A stretch of DNA of 64,000 nt, taken from Cyanophora paradoxa CCMP329. Its lineage: Eukaryota > Plantae > Glaucophyta. The DNA lies in NCBI GenBank assembly GCA_004431415.1, contig QPMI01000245.1:1-64000 (forward strand). The letters are read 5' to 3'. A program made the position numbers and the translations under genes. The notes under the pieces are model-generated. The model had not been told where the DNA came from and searched no databases. It saw only the letters and a list, made by a program, of their open reading frames with translations. Shown piece by piece: positions 10,752-24,700 of the stretch (positions are counted from its first letter, which is position 1; every line of letters starts with the position of its first letter).

Positions 10752-13700
10752 ATGGACGACGACCTGTACGAAGGCTTCACTGCTCCCTCGAGCGAGGTGA
10801 GCTGCCGCTCTTGCGCCCGCTTCTCCTGCTTGGCCGAGCTTCAAAAACGTCTAGCTGCGCCGGGTCCACCGCACGCTCGCACCCGCTGACGCTGCCGGTG
10901 CACCTTGCAGCCCTTTGGCTCTGCATCACTCGCACAGGCGCCTCCAGCAAATGACAACGAGTTTGACTTTGGAGACTCCGGCCAGCAGGGCTTCCAGCCC
11001 GGCTACCAACAACCTGCGTTCCAGCCGCCGGCAGCGATGGGCATGGGCATGGGGATGGTTCCGCCCGGCACAGGCGTGCGGCGCGGGCCGCCCTCGTCGC
11101 TCGGGCGGAGGGCGCCACCGTCCCAGATGGGCGGCGCACAGGAGCCCGCGGCTCGCCCCATGACGTCCGTGAAGGCCGCCGGCTACACATCCCACGGCCG
11201 GCCGGGCGGCGCGGGCTCCAAGTCCTTCGACCCGCTGGGCGGTGCGCCTTGGCCGCGCCCCCGCGCTGGGCGGGCGCCGGCGACTGACGGGGGCGCGCGC
11301 AGCACGGGGCCCCGCGCCTGCGCTGCAGAAGAAGGCGGAGAACAGCCCTGAGGAGCAGGCGAAGGACCTGGAGAAGAAGGTGAACGCGCTGATCGAGGAG
11401 AGCGCCATCGCGAACAAGAGCGGCGAGCTCGGGACGGCGCTGGAGAAGGCGAAGCTGGCGGCGAAGCAGGAGCGCGCGCTCTGCAAGATGCGGGAGCAGG
11501 CGGGCCTGCAGGACCAGATCAACATCGACCTGACGTACTCGGTCTGCTTCAACCTGGCGGTGCAGTTCCACGCGAACGGGCTCTACACGGAGGCCCTCAA
11601 CGCGTACACGGCCATCGTGAAGAACAAGCAGTACGCGCAGTCGGGGCGCCTCCGCGTCAACATGGGGAACATCTACTTCGAGCAGAAGAAGTACCCCAAC
11701 GCCATCAAGATGTACCGAATGGCACTCGACCAGATCCCCAACACGGGGTGCGCCCCGCCCGGCCCCGGCCCGGCCCCGCGGGGCGCGGGGGCGAGCTGGG
11801 GGGCGGGGGCAGGAAGGAGATCCGGGCGAAGATCATGCGGAACATCGGGCACGCGTTCGTGCGGCTCGGGCAGTTCCCCGACGCCATCCAGAGCTACCAG
11901 ATGGTCATGCAGGACCACCCCGACTACTCCACCGGTCCGCTCCCCGCCCCGCACGCGGCTCCCCCTGCGCGCGGCCGACCCTGCGGCCCGCCCGCCCGCC
12001 CCCCGCCGGCAGGCTTCAACCTGCTCCTGTGCTACTTCGCGATGGGCGACAAGAAGCTCATGCGGGAGGTGCGGGGCGACGCGGGGAAGGGGGGCGGGGC
12101 GGGGCTGAGGGGCGGGCGGGCGGGGCGCAGGGCTTCGGGCGGCTGCTGGCGATCAAGCAGATCCCGACCGAGGACGAGCTGGAGCCCGTCGCCGAGGCGC
12201 AGCCGGCCTCGATGGTGGAGGACGGCCTCAAGGAGGAGCTGCGGGAGCGGCAGCGCGAGGCGACCAACTTCATCACGATGGCGGCCAAGCTCATCGCGCC
12301 GGTGATCGGGCGGGACGTGTGGGCCGGCTACGACGACGTGGTGGAGATGCTGAAGGCGGGAGGGCCGCCCTCCATCGCCTCGGAGCTCGAGATGGTCAAG
12401 GCCGTCTCCTTCCTCAAGCGCCGGTGCGCCCCCGCCCCCGTGGCCTGGCCTGGCCCGGCCTGGCCTGACGCGCGGGGCGGGGCCGGGGGGTAGGATGTTC
12501 AAGGAGGCGGAGGAGGCGTTCAAGACGTTCGAGAAGAAGGAGAGCCGGGAGAAGGCGCGCGCCTCGACCAACCTCTCCTTCCTCTACTTCCTCAACGGCG
12601 ACACAAAGAACGCCGAGGCCTACGCAGAGGCGAGTACAGCCAGCCCCGCGCCGCCTTGTTTCGGGCGCGCCTGAGCGGGCGGGCGGGGCGCAGCTGGCGG
12701 TGCGGGAGGACAAGTTCAACGCGCGCGCCCTCGTCAACCGCGGCAACCTCTACTTCCAGGCCCGTTCTTGTCCCCGCCCCGCCCCCGCCCCCGCTCCCGC
12801 CCCCGCTGACGGCCGCGGGCGGGCAGGCGGGGAACCTGTCGCAGGCGCAGCGGCTGTACGCGGACGCGGTGGCCGTCGAGAGCGACTGCATCGAGGCCCT
12901 CTACAACCTCGGTCCGCCCCGCCCGAGCGCTCGGCCCGCCCGGCCTGGGCCGACGGGCGGGGGCGCAGGGCTGGTGAACAAGAAGCAGAACCAGTTCGAC
13001 GAGGCGCTGAGCTGCTTCGAGAAGATCGCCCGCGTCGTCCCCTCCAACGCCGAGGTCGCCTTCCAGGTGCTCCTCCACAGCGGGCGCCCCGCCCGCCCCG
13101 CCCCGCAGCGGGCGCCGCCTCTTAACCGGCCGGGGGCCGGGGGCAGCTGGCGAGCCTGTACGAGATGAAGGGGCGCTACGACAAGGCGGTGAAGCAGCTG
13201 ACGATCCTCACGGGCCTGGTGCCCCAGGATGCCGGCGTGCTGCACAAGCTGGGCACGCTCTTCGCGCACGAGGAGGCCGACTCGGACGCGCTGCACTACC
13301 ACATGGAGTCGTACCGCTACTACCCCGCCAACATGGACGTCGTCTCCTGGCTCGGCGCCTACTTCGTCAAGAACGAGGCGCGCCCCGCCGACTGCAAGCG
13401 CTGATGGGCGTTGCCTGATGATGCGTTGCCCCCGCCACACCGCGCAGGCGTACGAGCAGGCGATGAAGTTCTTCGAGCGTGCGGCGCAGATCCAGCCCAA
13501 GGAGGCCAAGTGGCGCCTCATGGTCGCCTCGTGCCACCGGCGGATCGGGCAGTACCAGCAGGCGCTGCGCATCTACAAGGCGATCCACCTCGAGGACCCG
13601 CAGAACGTCGAGTGCATCCGCTACCTCCTCCACCTCTGCCGCGAGCAGGGCCAGAAGGCCGAGGCCGACGAGTACGAGCGCAAGCTCCGCGCCGCCGAGG

Positions 13701-14069
13701 CCGCCCGCGCCGCCGCCGCCGCCGCCCCGCGCCGCCCCGCCATCGACGACGACGACGACGGGCCCTCCGCGCCGGCCGCGCCCCCGCCCCGGGCGACCTC
13801 GGCCGGCTTCGACGACGGCCTCAACGCGATGGCGGGACCGCGGCGGCCGCCGCCCATCCAGGACCCGGACCGCGACTACGGGGCCGGCCTCGAGACGCCC
13901 CCCGCGAAGAAGAAGAACATCAAGATGAAGGCGCGCGCCGGCCGGCCCGCCTCCTGCTTGCTCCCGCGCCTGCGCAGGCCAGCAGCTGACGGAGGGCGGG
14001 GGTGCGCAGAAGCAGGAGGACGACGACTTCAACGACATGGAGCTCGACGACAACCTCCTCCCCATGTAG
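10752..14069 (+). CDS. IFT88: Intraflagellar transport protein 88 (TPR protein, IFT-B)
   Basis: MDDDLYEGF, RPMTSVKAAGYTS, LEKKVNALIEES, QINIDLTYSVCFNLA, GRLRVNMGNIYFEQKKYPNAIKMYRMALDQIP, KWRLMVASCHRRIGQYQQA, C-terminal ELDDNLLPM*. Confidence 0.97.
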
Positions 14070-14550
14070 CCCCCCGCCCCGCCCCTCCCGCCCCGCCCGC
14101 CCACCTTCCCGCCCCACTTCCCGCCCCCTCCCCCCGTCCCCCACCTCCCCATCTCTGTACAAACCGCGACAATGCACGCTCCGCACGTGCCGCCTAGCCA
14201 GATGCGCATGTGCAGGCTCGGAACGAGGCGGGGGGTTTCGGTGGAGCGCCCGCCCCTTTACCGGCCCCCTCTCAGAGTCTCGCTTCCTCTTGGCCTCCCA
14301 GCTCTTCACATGCAAACCGCGGCCGAGGTATGCCGCGATACCGCGCTCCACATATACGCATGTACGTATACCGCCCGGCGAGCTGCAGCTGCGGACTGCG
14401 GCAGGCGCAGCTAGGCCCTAGCTCGTGTTCGCAGGCCCGAGCTCGCGATCGGGAATCTTTAATTTGGTGGTATTCGAGGATCTCAAATCACACGACAGGA
14501 TACCGCACAACAGCTCAGCGGCTAGCGCTGCAAGCGCAGGCTCTGAGATT

Positions 14551-15645
14551 CTAACTGAAATGCCAGACTCTGAGACTGGCACTGAGCGTCGACTCGACCT
14601 GCCTGGAGGGCAGATCCTGCCGCAATAACTCGGCCCCAATAAGTACGATAACGTTAACTAATTCTAAGCCCAGCAAACACAAACTAGCTACTTGATAGAA
14701 TTCGAAAATATTGAATACTGTTAGCACCGCAGCACTATACAACACGAAGGTTCGAACGGTTTGAATGAAAGCAAGACTGCGCATACTGGCAAGGCTCGCA
14801 AAGATGATATGCAACGACACTATACTATGGCACCGGGGCGGCGGCGCGCGCCCCTCAGTGGTGGCCGGCGCCGGCGGCTGCGGGCGCGCCAGGCGCGGCG
14901 GGCTTGGCGGGGGCGTGAATCAGGCAGCGCTGGAAGATGAAGTTCGCGTCGGAGTGCTTGTTGGAGCTGAGGATGATGTCTTTTTGCCTGCGGCCTGCGC
15001 GCGCGCCGCCGCCGCCGCGTCGGGCGCGGCGCGAGGGCCGGTTACTGGGGCTCCGCGCGGACCGTTGTGCCCCGTGAGGAGGTCGACGACGGGCGCGCTG
15101 AGGCTGCGCTTGATCCCGACCTTGCGCTCCTTGTAGTTCGCCGTGATTTTGATCGTCCAGACCCCGTCCTTCTCGTCCATATGCGCCGACATCACGTCTG
15201 CCGCAGGAGCGTCAGCCGCTCGGCTTTCCAGCGAACCGGGAGTGGGGAATGGAGCGCGGGGGAGGGCGGAATAAGGGAGGGCGGAAGCCAACGCGGGCGA
15301 AGGGCGGGAGGGGCGCGCTCGCCCGCCACCGCGGCAGCAAGAGCCAAGTCCAGCTAAGGCCCAGGAGCTCCGGGGAGTGAGGGCGAGCAAGTCGCACCCT
15401 GGAAACTGACGATAAGGCGCACACCCTGCGCACGGACGATCAGGCACACGGCCAGCGCATGAGCGCGGGCGAATTCGAAGACGCACCCCGTCCTCCTTGA
15501 GCTGCCAGAGCGCGTCATCATCAATGAACGCTTGCTCCTGGTGCCATTTCGGATTCATGCCGCGGAACTCGGACACGAAGAACTGGATCTTGCCCTCCGG
15601 ATTGGGACTGCACGCGCGCGCCGAGTCAGAAAACAGCCGGAGCAT
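14551..15645 (-). CDS. Hypothetical small multi-exon protein
   Basis: Exon-like blocks with coding codon bias: KIQFFVSEFRGMNPKWHQEQAFIDDDALWQLKEDG, DVMSAHMDEKDGVWTIKITANYKERKVGIKRSLS, KDIILSSNKHSDANFIFQRCLIH. The 3' end is uncertain. Confidence 0.5.
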
Positions 15646-16411
15646 GCAGGCCGAGCTCGGGCGCTGCAGAATAACTAGCTATCTTTGAGAGTCGAGACGC
15701 GGCCCCAGCTATCTCGCAGAGAGCGAGGGAGAGAGAGGTCGACGGGAGAACTGGTGCGAGCCCGCGCGCCCCTCATTCGAGCGGGGTGCGCACGGATTTG
15801 GCGTGGAAGAGCGCGGGCTGATGGCCCCAGCGACGGGACTGCCACTGAGTTCGCGGTGCATTGCTGCGGGATGTGCTCCGAGTGCCGGAAAGGTCAAGCA
15901 AGCTGCGTCGCGAGCTGCCGGGTATTCTAGCTAAGCGAAGCTCTTTTTACGAAGAATAATGCCCCCAAAATGCAGCGCACGCTGGCCCGGCTGCTTCCCG
16001 AAAACCTCTGTGCGTGTGAAGCGTGTTACGCGCGTCTTTCGTGACGGGCGAGGGGCGAGGCGGCCATCGCAGCACACCGCACGCTCACCTTTGAGTCTAC
16101 AATGAGTTCACAAGGGTAGCTACGCAAGCGCGACCGAACCGGAACGCTGGATGGTGCAGTCCCTGAGGGGGGCAGGAGGGGGCGGGGGGTAGTGGTCTTT
16201 GGCTGCCGAACCGGCGCTTGACCGTCGCGATCGGTCGACGGTTGGGCACTGGGCAGCCTGGCAGCAGCGCTAGCGCTGATCATCGCAGCGCTGCCAGGCT
16301 GGCACCCATGGGCGGCGGCACCGCAGCCGCGCAGTGCGAACTTGCCGCATGCTTTCTGTGGTTCAACACTGCATTTCGAATCCGACGATCCCGGGGGGCC
16401 GAGGGGGCGGC

Positions 16412-19174
16412 CTATGCGGGCGGGGGCGCCTGCCCCGGGGGCGGGGCGGGGCGGGGCCGGGGGGCCGGGTGCGGGGCATGCGGACGAGGCCCATGGACTC
16501 GGCCTGCCGCCGCGCCAGCTCCACGAACTCCTCCTGCGCCCCCGCCGGCCCCGCGCATCAGCGGCGCGCCTGGCGGCGGGCTCGAGGCCGGGCGCGTGTG
16601 CACGGGGACGCTCTGCTCGATCATGCTCTCCCGGAAGTCCATCTTGTCCTGCGCATGCCCGCCCCCGCCTCAGCGGGGCCGTGGGGAGGGCGGGAGGGGG
16701 CGGGGAGGGGGCGGGCCTCGCGCATGCGGGCGACGACCTCGGCGGCGCGGCTCGTCGCCCCCGCCCGCACGCACGCCACGAAGAGCGTCGTCATCGTCAC
16801 CTGCGCCCCGGGCCCGGCGCTCGAGCCCGGCGCCGGCGCTGGGCCGGGGCGGGGCGCGCACGTCGCTGGGGGCCACGCCGGCCGCCTCCATCTCGTCCAC
16901 CACCTGCGCCGCCGCCGTCAGCGCCGGCGGGCGGCGCGGGGCCGCGCGGGGCCGCGCGCGCCTGGAAGCTCGTGTTGATCTTCCCGGCGGCCGCGTAGCG
17001 CTGCGCGGGCGTGCAGCCGGTCAGTGGGGCGGGGCGGAGTGCAGCGCGGGCGCATGCGGGGCGCCTGGATGAGGGCGGAGGCGATGATGTTGTAGGCGAC
17101 GGCGGACTGCAGGCCCCGCCCCTTCATCTCCTCCACCGCCCCCACCGCCTGCACGCAGTGCGAGTCAGGCCCGGGCGGGGGCGGGGGCGGGAAGGAAGGG
17201 GGCGGCGGGCGGGCGGGCCTTCTTCATCTCGCCGCACTCGACGGCGGTGTGGACGAGGGCGGTGAGGAGGTGCGTGTCGGGCTCGGCGCCGGCCTCGCGG
17301 CACAGCTCCACGAGCGACTCCGCCGCGTCCATCCGCCCCAGCGGCGACACCGCCCGCACCAGCTGCCCCCGCCCGTGAGGGGCGGGGCGCCGGCGGGGGC
17401 GCGCCCGGCGGCTCGCTCGCCTCGGTCGCGACGTAGCGGAGGGCCCGCGGGTCGCCCCCGAACCGCCGCGCGTCTGCCGGGGTACGGCGGGTCAGCCATG
17501 TGAGCTCCAGCGGGGCGGGGGTACGGGGGCGGGCGCGCCGCGGAAGGTCTCGAGGCAGAGGGGTACGTCCTCGGCCTCCAGCGCAGCCAGGCACGCCCAC
17601 CGCACCGCCCCCTGCGTCATGTAAATATAGGCGCGCTCGGCGCGGCGGGGGTGCGGGATCTCCGGCGCGCCTGCGGCCAGGGCACGCCGGCGAGGGTGGC
17701 GAGGGCGAGCGCGCGCCGCGCCCCCTGAGCGTCCCCGGCCGTCGCGTACCCCTCCGCGAGCCTGCGCGGGGCGCGCCTCGGACCCGCGGACCGGAGGCCG
17801 GGAGGGAGGGGTACGGCACGCACGCGGAGAAGGAGGCCGGGGTGGGCGTGAGGGGCGCCCCGTCCTCCCCGGACCCCACCTCGCCTGCCGCCCCCCGCCC
17901 TCAGCGGCGCGGGCGGGGGGGCCGGCGGGCAGGCCGCGGGGGGTACCCTTCAGGATCGACTCCAGCAGGGCGGCGGCGCGCGCGGGGTCGGAAGCCGCGC
18001 AGCACGCCTGCGGCGAAAGCGCGGGGTTGGGGCGGGCCGGCGGGAGGCGAAGGGGGCCAGTGCGGGGCGGGGGCGGGCCTTGACGAGGGTCTCGTAGGTG
18101 CTGGGGGCGGGGGCGCCGAGCCCGCGGGCCTCCATGCCCTCCACCAGCGCAAACGCCTCCTCCAGCTCCCCCGCCGCCCCGTGCCCCAGCACCAGGTGCC
18201 TGCCCGCCCCGCCCGTCAGCGCCCACGCGGGAGGGAGGGGGCGGGGCCCCGGGCGTGCGCGCCGGACGATGGTGCGGTTGGCTTCGAGGCCGCGGGCGCG
18301 CATCTCCTCCAGCACTGCCTGTGCTTCCCGCACCTGCCCTTGCCCCGCCAGCGACCCGATCGCCTCCATCTGCGCCCCCGCTCAGGGAGGCCCCCCGGCC
18401 CCCCGCCGGCCGGCGGGCTGCGGCATCGCGCACGTATGTCACGACGTTTGCGGGTACGTTGAAGCGCTTCATCTCGTCGAGCAGCGCCAGGGAGGCCTGC
18501 GGGGGCGCTCGGGAGGGGCGGGGCGGCGGCGCGCGCTCGGGGGGGCGGGGGCTGCGCGCCCTCCAGCTGCGCTTTCCGAAGGTCTGTATCGCCTTGTTGT
18601 ACCGCGCCTGCCACTCCAGTTCCTCGCCGCCGCCCGCCTCCCGCACCTTCGCAGCCGCCGCCTCGGAGAGCTCCGGCAGCTGGAAGTTTGACCTGCGCTC
18701 GGGGCCGCCTCGCGTCCGGCCGGCGGCGCGCGGCGGGCGGGATCGCTCTCGCCTGTGCTTCCCAACCTCTGTCCCCGTCGGCTCCGGCCGCATACGTGGC
18801 TGCCACTCCTCCTGGTCGGCCGAGGGGCCATTGAAGCCCCGCCGATCCCGATCGCCACCGCGCGGCGGGCCGCGCGGGCGACGCTCGGGCGCTGCCGGAG
18901 AGTTGGAAGGGAAGGCCGCTAGTCCGCCAAAGGTCCGCAGCGTCGTCTCGAACTCGGGTCGGGAGCTCGAGTAGGATTCTTCGGGGCCGGCGCTGCGGCG
19001 CCTGGGCCCTGGTGCATCCGTGCGGCGCGGCGCCCGCCTGGGACGGTCTTCGCATGCAATCTTCAGGGGTGCGGCTGGCTGCGCATCTCGCTGCGCTGGC
19101 CTTCGGGCGCTCTTAAGCGGGGCGGCCTGCTGCCGCGCGCGCAGCGCCTGCCCGAAGAAGCTGGCGGCGAACAT
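16412..19174 (-). CDS. Pentatricopeptide repeat (PPR) protein with N-terminal organelle-targeting peptide
   Basis: PPR-like units: ALLDEMKRFNVPANVVTY, AQAVLEEMRARGLEAN, AFALVEGMEARGLGAPAPSTYETLVKAC, VEEMKGRGLQSAVAYNII, VVDEMEAAGVAPSDVTMTTL. The N-terminus MFAASFFGQALRARQQAAPLKSARR is basic with no acidic residues. Confidence 0.85.
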
Positions 19175-19361
19175 CGATCGGCTCCGTCTCGATCTAGCTT
19201 GCAGCGGAAGCGCGGCCGAGATTCTGGGGGTACTACGGTACGAGCGTCAGACCCCTCCCGAAAGAAAGCACAAAAACTCATCCCCAAAGCAAGCGAGGCT
19301 GCATTAGAGCCTGCGAGCAGCGCGTGGAGCGCCCCTAGCAGCCGCCGGGGGCGCCGGACCG

Positions 19362-20819
19362 ATGCAGTACCTCAACTTCGCCAGGTGCGGCCCTATTGAG
19401 CCAGTCACGGGTGGCGTGGCCTCTGCTGGCCTCGTAGCTAAGGAAGGACGCCGCTGCGGCAGTCCCCGCGGCTTCTTAGAGAGCCACCGCCGCTGCTGCA
19501 AGTTCTGTGGTGTTTGCGCAGCTGACGCGGCCGCGCAGGAGGACGCCGGTCCTGGCTGAGGGCGAAGACATCCATGTGATCCGCTGGACCGAGGCCGGGG
19601 AGCGGCGGGCCTTAGCCGTCGACCCCCACACGCGCCGGCAGCAGCTGCGCAGCGCCAGCGCCGCCAGGCCGCCCCCGCCCGCCTCCGCCTCCGCCTCCGC
19701 CGCGCTGGCTAGCCCCGACCTCCCGCCCCGCGTCCCGCCGCTGCCGCTGGGCGGCACCCGCCCGCCGTCCGCCCCGCCGCCCCCGCCTCGCACCGCCTCC
19801 CCTCGGCGAGCTCCTCCCGCCCGCCCTCTGCGCCCTACGCCTGGCCCTACGGGCCCCCGACGGAGCGGCCGCACTCCGAGCCGGGCTCTGCCCGACCTCG
19901 CGGTGCGCCCGGCCGCGCCCCGGCCCCGGCCCGGCCCCGCTGACCGGCTCGCCGCGAGCGCAGCGCCGCGCCCGCCGACGGCGGCGGAGCGGCCGGCGAC
20001 GGCGCGGCCGGCGTCGTCGTCGTCTTCGGGGGCTGGCGGGGCGGCGGGGCAGCGCGCCGGCGCTGCACGGGGTCCGCGTGGAGCCGTGTCGCCTGAGCGC
20101 CGAGGAGGCCCGCCTCGCGCCCTTCGCCACCACGGGCGACCACGGCCTCCGCTTCGCCGTCCCCAGGGCCCGCCCCGCCCCGCCCCGCTCCGGCCCCGGC
20201 CCGGCTTTGCCACCCTCTGACTCGAGGCGGCGCAGGTGCACACGGCGCAGTGGCCGGCGGCGGCGACGCCGCGGGCGGCGCAGCTGCTCTCCTCCGCGCG
20301 CTCGGGGAAGCGATCGCAGCACCCGGACCCCGCCAAGGCCCCCTTCCTCGGCCTCGGCGGCGCCGGCGCCCGGCCCCGATCCCCTACGCCCCGTCCGGCC
20401 CTCCACCGCCCCGCCTGCCGGCCCCGCACCGCCCCGACCGCAGCCCCCGCCCTGCACCACCCTCCGCGCCCTCCCCGCCGCCGTCCCCCCGCAGCCCGCC
20501 CCACGTCTGGTCCCCTCCCCGCCCCCGAAGAGGCGCCGCCGGCGTCCCCCCGCCCTCGCCCGGGCCCCTCGCGGCGGCGCCGCCGCTGGAGCGGGCGGCT
20601 TCGCCGGCGCTGGAGCGGCGGCCGGCGTCGCCGGCGAACGAGGAGGAGCGGGTGCCGGACGACATCGTGGCCGCTCTGCGCGCCTTCGCGCCCCGCGCCT
20701 CCGGCGACGCCCCCGCCGCCCCTGCGGCCGACCTCGCCGCCTACGAGCGCGCCATGGGGCTCCTGGAGTCGGTGCGCGCCCTGCGCCCCAAGTTCCGCTG
20801 GATCCGCCGCAAGATATAG
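19362..20819 (+). CDS. Hypothetical Pro/Ala/Arg-rich protein
   Basis: ATG divergent from the PPR gene; exon blocks EGEDIHVIRWTEAGERRALAVDPH and terminal VPDDIVAALRAF...YERAMGLLESVRALRPKFRWIRRKI*; host-type introns. Confidence 0.5.
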
Positions 20820-21791
20820 CACCCCGTGGCCAGCGGGTTCTTGCGCTGTACAATCTGCCCAGAAGCATGTGCTTTTGCAGCTTGCGGTCCGACGGTCAGC
20901 AAGGCTGGGCCCAGCGCGGCTTGGGCTTCGGGAGGCCGAGCTGCAGAACACCGCGCCCGCCAAGAAGCGTCGGTGGAGGAGCGCAGCACGGCGGACGGGC
21001 GGCGGAGCTCGCGATTGCGCATGCGATCATAGATCTAGAGTGACACAGACTCGCGTATACGTATACGTACGTACCAAGTGAACGTGGTCAATCCGCCAAG
21101 CAGGGCACATTGGTACACCCGCGCGCTAGAAGGAGGCGGGCTAACGTTAACGCTGCACTGCGCATATGCATGCGGCAGATGCGCGCGCTGCGGCGGCGGC
21201 CGCGGAGGCGCGCGCGCGCGCATGCGCATGCACGCGCGGCCGCGGCCGCAGTGCGCATACGCTTCGAATTCGCGCGCGCGCATGCGCATGTGGAACGTGG
21301 CGAGCACGCGTACGCGCGATTCGCGGCGCGAACTCGCAGACAAAAGAAGCTTGAAGAGCGGACGCGGCACGAAGCTAGGCACTACAGCTACGGCAGGCGC
21401 GCGCATGCGCAGGCCGCGGCCGTTACCGCGGGGACCGTTGGGGACCTTGCAATTGGGGTGCGCCCCGGGACCGTTGGGGTGCGCGGCACTGAGCGCCGGG
21501 GATCGGCGTCAACACCCGAAGACCGGTGCTGATGCAGGAGACGTCGCGGGAGCCCCGAAATGAGGCGATGGCGCAATTGCTGCGTGACATCGGGCCTCTC
21601 ATCGGAACCGTACCCCCCTGACCGATCGACCGCGATCGAAATCTTGGGCTCGTTCGTCGCGGGAGCACACTCGGCTGTGGAGAGTTCGTTCAGCTACGCT
21701 AGCCAGCATCCATTCCGCAGCAGACCAGCCCACATTTAGGTGCGCGCGGACTCGTCATCGGCCGACGATCCGCTCACTTGCGCGCAGAACC

Positions 21792-24700
21792 ATGCCGGAC
21801 GAGCATCCCACGTTGATCCCGGCTCCCGCGGATGTTGCTCGGACGGCGCTTGTGCCGTCGTTCGATGCTTACCGCCAAGTCTACGACCGGTCGCTCCGCG
21901 ATCCGGAAGGTTTCTGGGCTGATGTCGCCCAGTCCTTCTACTGGCACAAGAAGGTCCGCCCCGCGCGCGCACCTCCCCGCGCTTCCCGTCATGAGGGGCC
22001 GCTTCGCAGTGGGACCAGGTCTGCTCGTACAACTTCGACCTGCGGAAGGGCCCGATCGAGGTTCAGTGGTTCCTGGGCGCCGAGACGAACATCACATACA
22101 ACTGCCTCGACCGGCACCTCGCGGAGCGTGGCGATCAGGTGGCGCTCATCTTCGAGGGCAACAACCTCGGCGACGATGGCCGCCTCACCTACCGCCAGCT
22201 CCACGAGCAGGCGAGCTCCCCGCGCGCCGCCGCCGCCGCCGCCGCCGCCGCCGGGCGAAGCCCGCCGCGCGCCGCGGCTGACGCGGCTGAGGCGGCGTGC
22301 GCAGGTCTGCAAGTTCGCGAACGTGCTCAAGGCGAACGGCGTGCAGCGCGGCGACCGCGTCGCCATCTACCTCCCATGGTCCTCGAGGTCCGACCCGCCG
22401 CCCGCCGCCCGCCCCCCGCCGCCGCTGCCACCGGCCGACGCTCTCAACACGCACAGTTGCCCATTGCCATGCTCGCCTGCGCCCGCATCGGCGCAATCCA
22501 CTCCGTCGTCCGCCCGCCGCCGCCGCCGCCGCCGCCGCCTCGGGGCCGCGCTGAGGCGGGCGGGGCAGTGTTCGGCGGCTTCTCGGCGGAGGCCGTCGCC
22601 GTCCGCGTCGTGGACGCCCAGTGCAAGGCGCGCCGGCCCGCCGCACGCCGCCCGCCGCCCGCCGAGCGCCGCCGGCCTGACGCGCGCGCAGCTGATCATC
22701 ACGGCCGACGCGGTGTACCGCGGCGCGAAGCCCATCCCGCTCAAGGCCGTCGTCGACAAGTCCTGCGACGTGCGCCCCGCCCAGCCGCCGCCGCCGCCGC
22801 CCCCGCCCCGCCCCCGCCAACACCCGTGCGGGCAGATCTGCACGGAGCGCGGCTTCACCGTCGAGCGCGTCATCGTCTACGAGCGCCTCGGCTCCGTCCG
22901 CCCCGCCCCGCGCCCGCCCCGCGCCCCGCCGGCGCCCCGCGCCCGCCCGGTGCTGACGGCGGGGCGCGGGGCAGGCGCGGGGCGGCGGCTGCGCGATGAA
23001 GGCAGGGCGGGACGTGTGGTGGCACGAGGAGACGGCCAAGGCGTCGCCCGTGTGCGAGCCCGTTTGGATGGACTCTGAGGAGCCCCTCTTCATGCTCTAC
23101 ACCTCCGGGTCCGCCCCGGCGCCCCGCGCCCCGCCCCGCCCCGCCCCGCCCGCCCCGGGCTGCGCCGACGCGGCCGAGCAGCTCGACGGGGACGCCCAAG
23201 GGCGTGCTGCACACCATCGGGGGGTACATGGTGTACGCCACCACCACCGTCAAGGTGCCCCCGCCCCGCCGCCCCGCCCCGGCCCGCCCCGGGGGGCCCG
23301 CCGAGCGCCCCCCGCCCCGCAGTACGTGTTCGACATCCAGCCCGGCGACGTCTACTGGTGCACCGCCGACTGCGGCTGGGTCCGCCCCGCCCCAGCCCTC
23401 CCCGTCTCCCTGCGCCCCGCTCCGGTCCGGTCCGATCTGACGCGGGCGGGCGGGCGCGGGGATCAGATCACGGGCCACTCGTACGTCGTGTACGGCCCGC
23501 TCTGCGCCGGCACCACCTCCATCGTCTTCGAGGGTCCGCCCCGCCGCCCCGCCCCCGCCCCCGGCCCGCCCGGCTGCCGCCGGCTCACTCCCGGCCGCGC
23601 AGGCGTGCCGAGCTACCCGGACCCGGGCCGGTGCTGGCAGGTGTGCGACAAGTTCAACGTGACCAAGTTCTACACGGCGCCCACCGCCATCCGCGCGCTC
23701 ATGCGCGAGGGCGACTCCTGGCCCAAGAAGCACTCCCGCAAGTCCCTCAAGGCCCGCCCGCCCCGTCCCGCCCCGCCTCTGCCGCCACCTCCTGCGGCGG
23801 GCCCCGCTGACGCCGGGCGCGGCCTGCACGCGCAGGTCCTGGGGACGGTGGGCGAGCCGATCAACCCGGACGCGTGGCTCTGGTACTACAACGTGGTGGG
23901 CGACGGGCGGTGCCCGATCGTGGACACGTGGTGGCAGACCGAGACGGGCGGGCACATGATCACCGGCCTGCCGGGCGCCATCGCCATGAAGCCCGGCTCC
24001 GCCTCGCTGCCTTTCTACGGCGTGGAGCCCGTCGTGCTCAACGAGAAGGGCGAGGAGGTGCAGGGCGAGTGCTCCGGCTACCTCGCACTCAAGCGGCCCT
24101 GGCCCGGCATCATGCGCACGGTCTACGGCGACCACGCCCGCTACGAGCAGACCTACTTCTCCACCTACAAGGGTCCGCGCTGCCCGCCCGCCCGCCTCTC
24201 GCCCCGCGCCGGCGCCGACCGGGGCGGGGCAGGCTACTACTTCACGGGCGACGGCTGCCGGCGGGACGCCGACGGCTACTACTGGATCACGGGCCGCGTC
24301 GACGGTGCGGCGGCCTCGGGCCCCTTTGTCCCGGCCGGCCGCGGCGCGCCTCGACTCACGGGGCGGGGCGCCGCGCGGGCAGACGTGATCAACGTGAGCG
24401 GGCACCGTATCGGGACGGCGGAGGTGGAGAACGCGCTGGTGGGCCACCCGGGCGTCGCCGAGGCCGCCGTCGTCGGCTTCCCCCACGACCTCAAGGGGTC
24501 AGCGAGCACCAGCTGAGCTGAGCGGGGCTGAGCGGGGCTGAGCGGGGGGCGCGCTCGCTTGCGCAGGCAGGGCATCTTCTGCTACGTGACGCCCAAGGAA
24601 GGCGCCAACCCCACCATCCCCGAGCTCAAGGACCAGGTCCGCCCCCGCCCCGGCCCCGGCCCGGCCCGGCCCCGGACCCGTCCCGGGCCGAGCGGGGGCG

